From an uncultured Ilumatobacteraceae bacterium (GTDB lineage: Bacteria; Actinomycetota; Acidimicrobiia; Acidimicrobiales; Ilumatobacteraceae), in NCBI GenBank assembly GCA_964592165.1, contig CAZQEJ010000001.1:19527-66337 (forward strand): DNA of 46,811 nt, written 5' to 3'. Below are positions 1 to 9,183 of this stretch, one piece after another. Position 1 is the first letter of the stretch. Each line of letters opens with the position of its first letter. The notes beneath the pieces are model-generated. The model made no database searches. It saw only the letters and a program-made list of their open reading frames with translations, and had not been told where the DNA came from. The translations under genes and the position numbers were made by a program.

Positions 1-398
1 CGAGCGGGCTGTTCGGGGGCAACTCGAACTGGCGCGGCCCGGTGTGGTTCCCGATCAACTACCTCGTGATCGAAGCGCTGCGCCGCTACGGGCGGTACTT
101 CGGCGACGACTTCACCGTCGAGGTGCCCACCGGATCGGGCCGCCGGCTGACGCTCGACGAGGCCGCCGACGATCTCGCCCAGCGTCTGGTGTCGCTGTTC
201 CGCGACGACGCGTCGGGCCGTCGACCGGTGTTCGGCGCCTACGAACGGTTCCAGACCGATCCCGTGTGGCACGAGATGATCCCGTTCCACGAGTACTTCC
301 ACGGCGACGACGGCACCGGTCTGGGAGCGTCACACCAGACCGGGTGGACCGGGCTCGTCGCCGATCTGATCGTCGGTCGTCGCCCACCGCGGGAGTGA
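1..398 (+). CDS. GH63 / MGH1-like glycoside hydrolase, C-terminal fragment (5' end lies outside the window)
   Basis: Frame 3 is open from the window edge. The translation [26 protein letters not shown]...[28 protein letters not shown] carries C-terminal motifs I recognise from GH63-type (alpha/alpha)6 hydrolases. Stop codon at 396-398. Confidence 0.6.
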   Translation, partial: SGLFGGNSNWRGPVWFPINYLVIEALRRYGRYFGDDFTVEVPTGSGRRLTLDEAADDLAQRLVSLFRDDASGRRPVFGAYERFQTDPVWHEMIPFHEYFHGDDGTGLGASHQTGWTGLVADLIVGRRPPRE

Positions 399-424
399 CC
401 GGGGTGGGCGACCGTCAGCGGCGT

Positions 425-1204
425 TCAGCCGTGGACGGCCTCCATCAGCCGGCCGATCAGCCCGGCCGGGTTGGCCGAACCCCACACGTTGCGGCCGAAG
501 GCGATCCCCGCACCGCCGGCGGCGACGACGCCGCGGGCGACGGCGACGACCGCGTCCTCGTCGGGCATCTTCGGTCCGCCGAGAGCGACGACCGGGACCG
601 GGCAGGCATCGACGATCTCGGCGAACAGCGCCGGATCGTCGGGGCACACCGTCTTGACGATGTCCGCGCCGAGCTCGGCCCCGAGCCGGGCGGCCTTGGC
701 GATGTTCTCCACCGACCATTCCACAGCCCGGGCGAACCCGCCGGGGATCATCTCCGCCATCACCGGTAGTCCGTGGCGTTCCGCGGCGGTGCACACCGCG
801 GCGAGGCGCTGCAAGGAGAGGTGCTCGTCGGGCGCGCCCGGGTAGCCGAGAACGACGATCGCGTCGGCGCCGATGCGCACCGCGTCCTCGACGGTGTGCA
901 GCAAGCCGCCGACGTCGTCGGTGGGGAATCCACCGATCTCCGACACGCCGCCGTCGAGGCGCAGGACCAGCCCGCAACGGGCGAACACCTCCGCGTAGGC
1001 GCGGGCGACGTGCCAGGTGACGAGGACGCTGTCGGGAGCGGCCGCACCGATCGCGTTCATCGGCTCGCCGAGCGGCGGACCGGATCCCATGTACGCGGCG
1101 TGGTCGAGGGCGACGAACACGGCGCGGCCGTCGGCGCCGAACAGGCGCCCGGCGCGGCGTGCCTTGGCTGCGCCGACAGCGGAGGGGAGATGGGGAGTGG
1201 TCAC
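425..1204 (-). CDS. DhnA/FbaB/LsrF-type class I (Schiff-base) aldolase family protein
   Basis: 259-aa ORF with a GTG start at 1204, preceded by GAGGAG. TIM-barrel aldolase-like sequence with a GADIVKT motif (candidate Schiff-base Lys) and GRNVW near the C-terminus. Confidence 0.75.
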   Translation of the reverse strand: MTTPHLPSAVGAAKARRAGRLFGADGRAVFVALDHAAYMGSGPPLGEPMNAIGAAAPDSVLVTWHVARAYAEVFARCGLVLRLDGGVSEIGGFPTDDVGGLLHTVEDAVRIGADAIVVLGYPGAPDEHLSLQRLAAVCTAAERHGLPVMAEMIPGGFARAVEWSVENIAKAARLGAELGADIVKTVCPDDPALFAEIVDACPVPVVALGGPKMPDEDAVVAVARGVVAAGGAGIAFGRNVWGSANPAGLIGRLMEAVHG

Positions 1205-1277
1205 CGGGCTCCTCGGGAGGTGGCGCGGGGCAGCGGCCTGCCGCCCCGCCGTCGTTGGTCGGTCGGTGTTCGCCGGC

Positions 1278-1790
1278 TCACGCGTCGGAGCCGTCGCCCC
1301 ACAGCTCGCGCACGGTGGAGAACACCTTCTGGTTGTGGGAGAACTCGACGACGTTGCCGTCGGGGTCGAGCACCGCGCAGATGTACCCGATGTGCGCGGC
1401 CATGTCCATCGGCTCCCATTGCAGGCAGCCCATCGCTCGCGCCTTGTCGGCGATCGCGTCGATGTCCTCCCGGTGGGGCATCTCGATGCCGATGTGGGCG
1501 AACGGGGTGAGGATCGGCGCCTTCTCGCCGGGATGGACCCCGAACCGGGCGCCGACCTCGGGGAGGAACTCGGCGACGACGAGGACGAAGGGGTCCTTGG
1601 CCTGCTTGTCGTTGGACAACCAGGCGCCGCGCCCGTTCTCGTCGGTGTTGCGGGCGACGACGACGAGGTTGCACAGCGACGTGTAGAACTCGATCGTCGC
1701 GTCGAGATCGGTGGACGGCAGGGCGACGTGGGTCAACCGCGGTGCGGAGAGGAACACGTTGTCGGCTGTGGCGGTCGGTTCGCTGGTCAC
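1278..1790 (-). CDS. VOC (glyoxalase/bleomycin-resistance/dioxygenase) family protein
   Basis: 170-aa ORF with a GTG start at 1790, preceded by GGAGG. HVALPSTDLDATIEFY and FAHIGIEMP...DPDGNVVEF are typical VOC beta-alpha-beta-beta-beta module motifs. Confidence 0.7.
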   Translation of the reverse strand: MTSEPTATADNVFLSAPRLTHVALPSTDLDATIEFYTSLCNLVVVARNTDENGRGAWLSNDKQAKDPFVLVVAEFLPEVGARFGVHPGEKAPILTPFAHIGIEMPHREDIDAIADKARAMGCLQWEPMDMAAHIGYICAVLDPDGNVVEFSHNQKVFSTVRELWGDGSDA

Positions 1791-1829
1791 GCTCGAGGCA
1801 CCTCCGGGTGAGTGGACGACGGTGGTCGG

Positions 1830-1853
1830 CTCCGGCGACGATCATCGCCGGAG
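1830..1853 (-). terminator. Candidate intrinsic-terminator hairpin downstream of the ADH-kinase-VOC operon
   Basis: CTCCGGCGA-cgatca-TCGCCGGAG forms a perfect 9-bp stem about 65 nt after the VOC stop at 1916. There is no clear U-tract. Confidence 0.35.
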
Positions 1854-1915
1854 GGAAGCGAAGATCCCCATGTGCCCCCGGCACGATTCACGCCGGGAGC
1901 GGTTGATCGTCGCGC

Positions 1916-2299
1916 TCAATCGTCGCGCTTGTACGTTCCCTTGTCGCGCCACAGGACGATCTCCGCGCCCCACGGGTCGCGGAACGCGGCCAGATCGCCG
2001 CCGAACTCGTCCCAGTGCCGCTCCTCCCAGAGCACCGTCGCGCCCATCGCCTCCGCTTTGCGCAGGTAGTCCGGGGGGCTGTCGACCATCACGTAGACGC
2101 GGGGCACCGGCCCGCTCATCGGCTGGTCGGCCTTGTGCATCCCCATGTTCGGCTTCAACCCGGGGAGGATCTCGTGGAACTCGCCTGCCGGGCGGCGGTT
2201 GAAGGCCCAGCCGAAGAGGTCGGCGTAGAACTGGGACATCGCTTCCGGATCGGCAGTCGGGAAGTCGACGAAGATCACGGGGTTGACTCGGTCGCTCAC
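1916..2299 (-). CDS. VOC/glyoxalase family protein (127 aa)
   Basis: The track ORF 1916..2590 is trimmed to the GTG at 2299, which has an AAGGAG RBS (2305-2310 on the complement) and overlaps the kinase stop as GTGA. VIFVDFPTADPEAMSQFYADLFGW...DPWGAEIVLW is VOC-like. Confidence 0.7.
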   Translation of the reverse strand: MSDRVNPVIFVDFPTADPEAMSQFYADLFGWAFNRRPAGEFHEILPGLKPNMGMHKADQPMSGPVPRVYVMVDSPPDYLRKAEAMGATVLWEERHWDEFGGDLAAFRDPWGAEIVLWRDKGTYKRDD

Positions 2300-3594
2300 G
2301 GGGTCTCCTTGTCTGAGCGGGTGACCGCCGCGTCGCCGAGAGCGACGAAGCGCCGGTAACCCTGCCGGTAGATGGTGGTCGGATGGGGATCGAGGGTGGT
2401 CACCGCTGGACGGGGCCAGGAGCCCGGCCCACCCTGGCCGGGGGCAGGCCACCAGCCGGCGCCGGCCCCGGCGGCCAGGGCGGCACCATAGGCGGCAAGA
2501 TCGGGCTCGGCGGGGACCTCGACGGGGACCTCGAGCACGTCGGCCTTGATCTGGCACCACACCGTGCTGCGCGCCTGGGAGCCGCCGCACACGACGCGGC
2601 GCAGGCCGACGCCCGCCGCGGCGAGCTCGGTGGCGATGTGGCGGAGCCCGTAGGCGGTCGCCTCGAGGATCGCCCGGGCCACGTCGCCGGGACCGTGGTC
2701 GGTGCCGATGCCGGTGATCTCGGCACGCAGATCGCGCCGCCAGCGGGGGGCCCGCTCACCCTCCAGGTAGGGCAGCACGAGCAATCCGCCCGCGCCGGGC
2801 GGGACGCCGGCGGCGAGGGCGACGAGGTCGGCGACATCTCGCCCGGTGAGCGCGGCGAGCCAGTCGAGCATCAGGCCGTGGGCAGCCACCGGGCCGCCGA
2901 CGAGGTCGATCCCCGTCGCCGCGCCGCGCAGTGCGTAGAGCCCAGCGGGGCGTTCCCCGGCCGGGACGGCGACGGCCAGACCGCCCGTGCGGCCCCCGGG
3001 GTCGACGGCGCGTCCCGGTTCGTCGGCCCCTCCCGCCCAGATCGCCAGGTACGCGTCCTGCGCGCCGCCGACCAGGGGCGTGCCCGCGGGGAGCGCACCC
3101 CGGCGGGCCGTGCCGACCACGGTGCCGGTTCCGGCGCGCGCCCCGTAGCCCTCCAGGTCGGGGTCGCCGGGCCAGCGTGTCTGCACCTCCTCCCCGCCGA
3201 GCTCGGCGAGGATCCAGTCCCACAACTGGGCGACGCCGCGACATCCCGGCGACTCGGCGAGGATCACCTCTCGCTGGGCAAGGTGTTGTTCGGCGGGGCT
3301 TCCCGTGACGCCGGCCGGATGGCGCACGGTGACGGCCAATCCGCCGCCGCGGGGGACCGTCGTCGGGCTCTGGCTGCCGATCGCCACCGCAGCCGGTGCA
3401 TCGAGGTGCAGCTCCTCCAGCGCCTGGCAGACGGCGGTGTACCACGCCGCAGGATCGGCGCGCCCCGCCGGCCAGTCAGTGCGGCCGGGGAAGGGGGCCG
3501 ACGCCCGGGCGACGATCGTCCCGCGAGGGTCGATCGCCAACGCCCGCGCCGAACCGGTGCCGACGTCGACTCCGATCACCGCGGGGCTGGCCAT
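2296..3594 (-). CDS. FGGY-family carbohydrate kinase (xylulokinase/ribulokinase-like), 432 aa
   Basis: The track ORF 2296..3744 is trimmed to the ATG at 3594, which overlaps the ADH stop as ATGA. The N-terminal VIGVDVGTGSARA and the C-terminal GGSQARSTVWCQIKADVLEVPV are FGGY signatures. Confidence 0.8.
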   Translation of the reverse strand: MASPAVIGVDVGTGSARALAIDPRGTIVARASAPFPGRTDWPAGRADPAAWYTAVCQALEELHLDAPAAVAIGSQSPTTVPRGGGLAVTVRHPAGVTGSPAEQHLAQREVILAESPGCRGVAQLWDWILAELGGEEVQTRWPGDPDLEGYGARAGTGTVVGTARRGALPAGTPLVGGAQDAYLAIWAGGADEPGRAVDPGGRTGGLAVAVPAGERPAGLYALRGAATGIDLVGGPVAAHGLMLDWLAALTGRDVADLVALAAGVPPGAGGLLVLPYLEGERAPRWRRDLRAEITGIGTDHGPGDVARAILEATAYGLRHIATELAAAGVGLRRVVCGGSQARSTVWCQIKADVLEVPVEVPAEPDLAAYGAALAAGAGAGWWPAPGQGGPGSWPRPAVTTLDPHPTTIYRQGYRRFVALGDAAVTRSDKETP

Positions 3595-4613
3595 CAGGCA
3601 TCGACGAGGACCCGGTAGACGGGTGATCCGGCGGCGAGGGCGAGGGCGTCGGCGACGTCGCTCAACCCGAACCGGGCGGTGATCAACCGGTCGAGGTCGG
3701 CCGCGAGCGTGCCGGCCGCGAGCATCCCTGCCGCTGCCCGCCAATCCTCGGGCTCTTGGCTGTAGACCCCGACGATGCTCTGCTCGTGATGATGGATCGC
3801 GTCGGGGGCGACCTCGGCGCGCAGGTCCTTGGGGAACGCGCCGTAGAGGACGATCGTCCCTCCGTCGTCACACAACGCGGTCGCCAGGTCGAGAGCTCCG
3901 GGTGCGCCCGCGGTGACGAAGACGATGTCCGCCGCGCCGCGCCGCTCACCGGCCGCGGCGATGTCCGCGGTCCAGGTCGCACCAGCCGCCTCGGCGTCCG
4001 AACGGCGTCCCGGATCGATGTCGATCACTCCCACCTCGGCCGCGCCGAGGTGGCGGAGCAGAGCCAGGTGCATCCGGCCCATGAACCCGCCGCCGGCGAC
4101 GGCGACCCGGTCGCCGGCACGGAACCCGGACAGGCGCACCGAATGGGTGACGCAGGCCAGCGGTTCACCCATCGACGCGTGGGCCAGGTCCGCGGTGCCG
4201 ACCTCCCAGGCCTGGGCGGCCTTGACCTTGACCAGTTCGGACAGGCCCGCGCCCATCGAGATCGTCCCGTCAGACAGCGCTGCGCCCTGGGGGACGCGGC
4301 ACAGAGCGCTCCGCCCCCGGCGGCACTGGCGGCACGTTCCGCAGCGGGTGAGCAGGTCGACGGTGACCCTCGCCCCGATCTGTGGTGACCCGGGCAGGCC
4401 GGCGACGAGCTCGCCGGCGGCGACGACGGTGCCGGACACCTCGTGCCCCGGGGCGACCGGGTAGATCCGCTTCTCCCCGGAGTACAGGCGGCGTTCCATC
4501 GTGCACAGGCCGCAGGCGGCGACCTCGACGAGGAGCTCGTCGGGGGCGAGCACGGGGGTCGGCTCGTCGCGCAGCTCGACCGTGCCCGGAGCGGTGACGA
4601 CGGCGACCTTCAT
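3594..4613 (-). CDS. Zn-dependent medium-chain alcohol/polyol dehydrogenase (sorbitol or threonine dehydrogenase-like)
   Basis: 339 aa. Contains CGLC...GHEVSG (catalytic Zn ligands), a CGTCRQCRRGRSALC structural-Zn Cys cluster and a GGGFMG Rossmann motif. Confidence 0.85.
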   Translation of the reverse strand: MKVAVVTAPGTVELRDEPTPVLAPDELLVEVAACGLCTMERRLYSGEKRIYPVAPGHEVSGTVVAAGELVAGLPGSPQIGARVTVDLLTRCGTCRQCRRGRSALCRVPQGAALSDGTISMGAGLSELVKVKAAQAWEVGTADLAHASMGEPLACVTHSVRLSGFRAGDRVAVAGGGFMGRMHLALLRHLGAAEVGVIDIDPGRRSDAEAAGATWTADIAAAGERRGAADIVFVTAGAPGALDLATALCDDGGTIVLYGAFPKDLRAEVAPDAIHHHEQSIVGVYSQEPEDWRAAAGMLAAGTLAADLDRLITARFGLSDVADALALAAGSPVYRVLVDA

Positions 4614-4785
4614 CGCGCCGCGCCGAGGTGGGGGGCCTGCCGATCGCCGGCGCCGTTGTGCAGGGTGGGCATGGGGTGCAATCCTACGGCCGCCCCGAAT
4701 CCCCGGTGACTGTCGTCACGGACACATGCCCTCGCGCCGAGCTTGTGCCCCCGGCACCACCGCATCATCCGCCGAGGTTGCCATC

Positions 4786-6285
4786 GTGTCCGCCGTGCCC
4801 CGCATCGACCCGACCTGGTTCCGCGCCGAGCCCTACGCCCAGCTGATCGACGGCGCGCCGCGTGCCGGCGGAGAGCTCCATCCTGTCGCCGATCCGTCCA
4901 CCGGAGAGGTCCACGGTCAATGGGCCGAGGCGACCCCTGCCGAAGTCGATGCCGCGCTCGGTTCGGCACGGCGCAGCTTCGACGAGGGGGAGTGGCGGCG
5001 GATGGCGCCGGGACGGCGGGCCGAGGTGCTCGAGGCTGTCGCCGCGGCGATCCGCGCCGAGGCACCGCGCCTGGCCGCGTTGGAAGCGGCGACGACGGGC
5101 AAGGCGGTCGGCGGAGCCTTGGTCTACGACGTGTACGAGGCGGCGACCGCGTTCGCCTACGCCGCCGGGGTCGGCCGCGACCTGCACGGTGACGTGCGCC
5201 GGGCCTCGTTCCCTCCCCAGCTCCTCCCCGGTGGTGGTCCGGAGGTGCTCACCATGCGCCTGCGCGAGCCGGCCGGCGTGGTCGTCGAGCTCCTGCCCTG
5301 GAACGGCCCGCTGATGACGGGCAGCCAGCGCCTCGCCGCGGCCCTCGCCGCAGGGTGCTCGGTGGTCGTCAAGCCTCCGGAGGAAGCGGTGGTGACGATC
5401 GTCGAGCTAGCCCGGATCCTGATCGAGTGCGGGCTGCCGGCGGGAACCGTGAACGTCGTCCTCGGCCGGGGGGAGACGGTCGGCGACCAACTCGTGCGCG
5501 ACCAGCGAGTCGACCTCGTCAGCCTCACCGGGGGCGTGGAGACCGGAGCGAAGGTGATGGCCGCGGCCGCGGCGAACATCACACCCGTCCACCTCGAGCT
5601 CGGCGGCAAGTCACCGGTGATCGTGTTCCCCGACGCGGATCTCGAGCAGGCCGCGGGGTGGGCGATGATGGCCGCCTTCGTCAACATGGGCGAGGTGTGC
5701 GTGGCCGGGAGCCGGCTGCTCGTCCACGCCGACGTCTACGACGATGTCGTCGCCGCGGTTGCGGCCCAGTCGGCGTACCTCCCGATCGGTGACGCCCTGG
5801 CTCCGGAGACGTTCATCGGACCGTTGATCACCGAGGCGCACGCCCAGCGGGTGCGCGGCTTCATCGACCGCGCCGTGCGCGACGACGGCGCCGAGGTCGT
5901 CGTTGGGGCGAGCGTCCCCGGTGGGCTCGGCGCGACGTACGTCGCGCCGACGGTCCTCGGGCGAGTCCGCCCCGGCTCCGAACTGGAGCAGACCGAGGTC
6001 TTCGGCCCGGTGCTCGCGGCGAGTTCGTTCACCGACGAGGACGAAGCCGTGCGCTTGGCCAACGGCACTCGTTACGGGCTCAACGCGTCGGTGTTCACCC
6101 GTGACGTGGAGCGCGTCTTCCGCCTCGCCGACCGGCTCGACTGCGGCGAGATCAACGTCAACTGTCACTTCGCCCCGGACATGAACGGTGGGCGCGGCGA
6201 GCCACGGCGGATGAGCGGTGCGTCGCGCACCGGGATCGAGGCGTACACCGCGCTGAAGGCGATCAACGTCCAGGTGCGCGCCTGA
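4786..6285 (+). CDS. NAD(P)-dependent aldehyde dehydrogenase
   Basis: ELGGKSP (catalytic Glu) and EVCVAGSR (catalytic Cys) motifs. I chose the GTG at 4786 with GAGG 8 nt upstream. The ATG at 4726 is an alternative. The track start at 4501 would overlap the divergent ADH gene. Confidence 0.8.
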   Translation: MSAVPRIDPTWFRAEPYAQLIDGAPRAGGELHPVADPSTGEVHGQWAEATPAEVDAALGSARRSFDEGEWRRMAPGRRAEVLEAVAAAIRAEAPRLAALEAATTGKAVGGALVYDVYEAATAFAYAAGVGRDLHGDVRRASFPPQLLPGGGPEVLTMRLREPAGVVVELLPWNGPLMTGSQRLAAALAAGCSVVVKPPEEAVVTIVELARILIECGLPAGTVNVVLGRGETVGDQLVRDQRVDLVSLTGGVETGAKVMAAAAANITPVHLELGGKSPVIVFPDADLEQAAGWAMMAAFVNMGEVCVAGSRLLVHADVYDDVVAAVAAQSAYLPIGDALAPETFIGPLITEAHAQRVRGFIDRAVRDDGAEVVVGASVPGGLGATYVAPTVLGRVRPGSELEQTEVFGPVLAASSFTDEDEAVRLANGTRYGLNASVFTRDVERVFRLADRLDCGEINVNCHFAPDMNGGRGEPRRMSGASRTGIEAYTALKAINVQVRA

Positions 6286-6318
6286 GCCGACCCGGCCGGC
6301 CCGCCCGCGCCCGCCCGT

Positions 6319-7479
6319 TCAGTCGCTGCGCGGGTTGACCGGCGTGCCGCGCTGCGCGGCGTGCAGGTCGTCGAGCACGGCGAGGACGCCGCGCGCCGCG
6401 AGGGCGGCCTGGACCTGGAGGGCGGCGGCCGGCTCGACCGGATCGATGCCGAGCAGTTCGCGCACTTTGCCCATCCGGTAGCCGACCGAGTTGCGGTGGA
6501 TCAACAGCCGCTCGGCGACCGCGGCCCGGCTGCCGTTCGTCTCCAGCCAGACGACGAGCGTGTCGAGCAGGTCGTCGCGATCGAGGATCGGGCCGAGGTG
6601 GGCGGTGACGAAGGCGCGCAGCCGGTCACGGGGCACGGACAGGAGCAGGCCTTCGACGCCGAGCTCGGCGAAGCGCAGCTCGGAGGTGCTGGCGCCCCGC
6701 CGGTGGAGCAGGGCGAGGGTCGCCTCCGCTTCGAAGAAGGAACGGGCGGTGTCCGCGGCGTCCTCGACGACCGAACCGCAGGCGGCCGACACCGGCGCGT
6801 CGCTGCCGACCATGCCCTGGAGGCGAGCCCGGATCCGGGACAGCTCGCGGGGGTCCGCAGGGAGGATCGTCCAGCCGCGCGGCCCGTCGATCCGCACCGG
6901 CATCTCGATCCAGGTCAACGCGGTCTGCCAGGCATGGCGATTGCTGCCCTCGTAGGCGAACACAGCGGCGGTGTGCGGGCGGTCGAGGACGAGGCCGAAC
7001 CGTTCCGCGAGCCGAGCCAACTCGGCCGGCTCGCGCATCAACCCGAAGCGGACCTCGTCGATGATCCGGCTCGCCGACTCGGCCCGGGCGGCGGCTTCGG
7101 CGTCGCGGCGGACCGCCTCGATGCTGAGCGGGACGCGTGCGGCATCGAGGAGTCCGATCGCGTCGGCGGGATCACGGGGGGCGATCGCCAGGGCGCCGAT
7201 CCGCCGGCGCCCGGCGCGCAGCCCGATCGCCGTCGCGTGCCATCCGTCGAGGCACACGACGTGCTCGGGGTGGTCGCTGTCGCCGAGGCGGGCGACGGTC
7301 GCCGGCTCGAGACCCGCCGCGTCGCCGAGCGGCGCGGCGGCAACGCATGAGCCGTGCACGCCGATCAGGCGTACCGGCCCGCCGCTTGCCGCGGCGAGGT
7401 GGCTGATCATCGCCGGCCACCCCCGGCCAGCGAGGGCCAGCTCGGTGAGCTGGTCGTTGAGGTCGTTCGGTCCGCTCAC
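6319..7479 (-). CDS. PucR/CdaR-family transcriptional regulator
   Basis: The C-terminal HTH ETNGSRAAVAERLLIHRNSVGYRMGKVRELLGID is typical of PucR C-terminal domains. The GTG at 7479 was chosen because the Arg/Ser/Pro-rich upstream extension looks non-coding. There is no clear RBS, so the start is uncertain. Confidence 0.7.
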   Translation of the reverse strand: MSGPNDLNDQLTELALAGRGWPAMISHLAAASGGPVRLIGVHGSCVAAAPLGDAAGLEPATVARLGDSDHPEHVVCLDGWHATAIGLRAGRRRIGALAIAPRDPADAIGLLDAARVPLSIEAVRRDAEAAARAESASRIIDEVRFGLMREPAELARLAERFGLVLDRPHTAAVFAYEGSNRHAWQTALTWIEMPVRIDGPRGWTILPADPRELSRIRARLQGMVGSDAPVSAACGSVVEDAADTARSFFEAEATLALLHRRGASTSELRFAELGVEGLLLSVPRDRLRAFVTAHLGPILDRDDLLDTLVVWLETNGSRAAVAERLLIHRNSVGYRMGKVRELLGIDPVEPAAALQVQAALAARGVLAVLDDLHAAQRGTPVNPRSD

Positions 7480-7546
7480 CGGCGCGGCAGCGTATCGGGC
7501 CGGCGCGGGGTCTGCAGCGGTGCTCGGGTGGGGTGCGCTGAGCGCC

Positions 7547-7581
7547 GTCCCCCGGGATCGGCACGTCCGGCCCCGGGGGAC
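7547..7581 (-). terminator. Candidate hairpin terminator after the amidohydrolase gene
   Basis: GTCCCCCGGG-N15-CCCGGGGGAC forms a perfect 10-bp stem 14 nt past the stop at 7595. Confidence 0.35.
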
Positions 7582-7594
7582 GGGTCCACCCCGA

Positions 7595-8824
7595 TCAGAC
7601 TCCGACGAGGCGGCTCTCGCCCTTGCGCAGCGCCGAGTTTGGATGCTCCGGCATCTTCGACAGGGGGGTCGCGATCTCCTCCACGGTCGGGCCGTACTGT
7701 GCGGCGAGCGGGGCCAGCTTGTCCATGTCGAAGCCGTAGAGCTTCGCCGCGTTGCCGCCGAGGATGGCGCGCAACTCCTCTTCGGGTGTGTCGTAGAACG
7801 TGAGGCGGAGGTGCTCACGGCTGAACGGGGGGGTGCCCTCGTCGTGGGGGTAGTCGCTTCCCCACATGAACCGGTCGGCGGGCATGCGGTGGCGGACCGC
7901 CGCGTCGGCGGGGCCGGGGAAGCTCGCGCCGATCCAGCAGTTCTGGTGGAAGTACTCGGTCGCGGAGCGGGGCAGGGCGTTCTCCGCGGTGTACTTGAGC
8001 TCGCCGATCTCGCCTTGGCGGACGTGCTCGATGACTGGATCGAGTTGGTCCACCTGGGCCTGGATGGCCGCCGCAGAACCCTCCGTCATCACGAACTTGA
8101 GCCGCGGGAAGCGCTCGAAGACGCCAGACAGGAGCATGTGCACGAACGGGCGCAGGCCGTAGAAGCCGACCTCGCTGATCATGATGATCGGCGTCGAGGC
8201 GAACTTGCCGTAGTTCGGCGATCCCGTGCCGGAATGCAGGTTGACGGGGATGTCGAGGTCCTGCAGAGCGGCCCACAGCCGGTCGTAGTCGGGGTGATAG
8301 AGGGGCTTGACCCAGGATACGTCGGGGGCCACGGTGGGCAGGAGCACGCCGCCGCGCAGCCCGTTGTCCTTGATCCAGGTCGCATCGGCGATCGCGTCGT
8401 CCAGATCGTTCAAGAAGATCTGGCCGATCCCCGCGCGGCGCTCGGGCTTCGCCGCGCAGAAGTCCTTCAGCCAGCGGTTGTGGGCGAGGATCCCTGCCCG
8501 GCGGTGCTCGTACTCGTCGGGCTTGGGCGGGCCGGCGAAGAGGACGAAGCCGGGGTAGAAGGGGGGCACGGTGTTCGGGTAGATGACCTCAGCGACGACA
8601 CCGTCGGCGAGCTGATCGCGATCGCGGCGCTCCTCGTCCCAGTTGCGGACGCGTAGATCGGTGTCGCGCAGGTCCTTCCACGGGTTCTTGTACTTGCCCC
8701 GCCATGCGTCGAAGTCGTCCCGGTACGCGGGGTCGAGGTACTCGCGGTAGGTCTCATGGTTCGCCCCGGCGTGGGTGTCCGCCGAGATGATCGTGTAGTG
8801 GCGCGACGCCGTCGTGTCCGTCAT
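7595..8824 (-). CDS. Amidohydrolase-2 (ACMSD/COG2159-like metal-dependent hydrolase or decarboxylase) family protein
   Basis: 409 aa with an ATG start. N-terminal ISADTHAG (the HxH-type metal motif region) and C-terminal MWGSDYPHDEG are characteristic of this TIM-barrel family. Confidence 0.8.
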   Translation of the reverse strand: MTDTTASRHYTIISADTHAGANHETYREYLDPAYRDDFDAWRGKYKNPWKDLRDTDLRVRNWDEERRDRDQLADGVVAEVIYPNTVPPFYPGFVLFAGPPKPDEYEHRRAGILAHNRWLKDFCAAKPERRAGIGQIFLNDLDDAIADATWIKDNGLRGGVLLPTVAPDVSWVKPLYHPDYDRLWAALQDLDIPVNLHSGTGSPNYGKFASTPIIMISEVGFYGLRPFVHMLLSGVFERFPRLKFVMTEGSAAAIQAQVDQLDPVIEHVRQGEIGELKYTAENALPRSATEYFHQNCWIGASFPGPADAAVRHRMPADRFMWGSDYPHDEGTPPFSREHLRLTFYDTPEEELRAILGGNAAKLYGFDMDKLAPLAAQYGPTVEEIATPLSKMPEHPNSALRKGESRLVGV

Positions 8825-8902
8825 GCGCGCGATGCTACCAAGCGGCCCAAAACCTGAATGAACCGCGTTCTAGTCCGGGCTCCGGTCGGGGGCGCGGGGT
8901 GG

Positions 8903-9172
8903 TCAGCTGACCTTGAGGAACAGCTTCTCCACGTCGGCGATCGAGTAACCCTCCGCGGCCGCTTCCTGGGGGGAGGACAGGCACCACGTCAACCCGGCCG
9001 AGACGAGGCGGAAGCCGATCTGCTCGAGGGCCTTGTTCGCCGCCGCGATCTGGGTCACGACGTCGCGGCAGTCACGCCTGTCATCGAGCATCTGGTGAAT
9101 CCCGCGGACCTGGCCCTCGACCCGGCGGAGCCGCCGTTGCAGTTCGGCGATCGTACTCTCCGGAAGTTCCAT
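8903..9172 (-). CDS. CsoR/RcnR (DUF156) family repressor, His-less C-x-C type (CstR-like candidate persulfide sensor)
   Basis: 89 aa. AAGGAGG RBS followed by ATG. Cys35 and Cys64 are 29 residues apart, as in the CsoR Cu-ligand pair, but the residue at Cys35+25 (the His ligand position) is Gly. Confidence 0.85.
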   Translation of the reverse strand: MELPESTIAELQRRLRRVEGQVRGIHQMLDDRRDCRDVVTQIAAANKALEQIGFRLVSAGLTWCLSSPQEAAAEGYSIADVEKLFLKVS

Positions 9173-9183
9173 TGACTGGCCTC

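Noticed and set aside
4706-4719. GTGAC-N4-GTCAC inverted repeat between the ADH operon and the ALDH gene
   Set aside because: The arms are only 5 bp. It is mentioned as a possible PucR site but is too weak to call as a feature.
4501-4785. Long N-terminal extensions of track ORFs (ALDH 4501, PucR 7818, kinase 3744, VOC 2590, MMPL 14169, DapD 44786, GT2 41776, nitroreductase 42417, permease 30111, sulfatase 26633)
   Set aside because: The extensions overlap neighbouring genes or have poor third-position GC and Arg/Pro-rich composition. Internal starts with RBSs or stop-start overlaps fit the homology-supported cores better.
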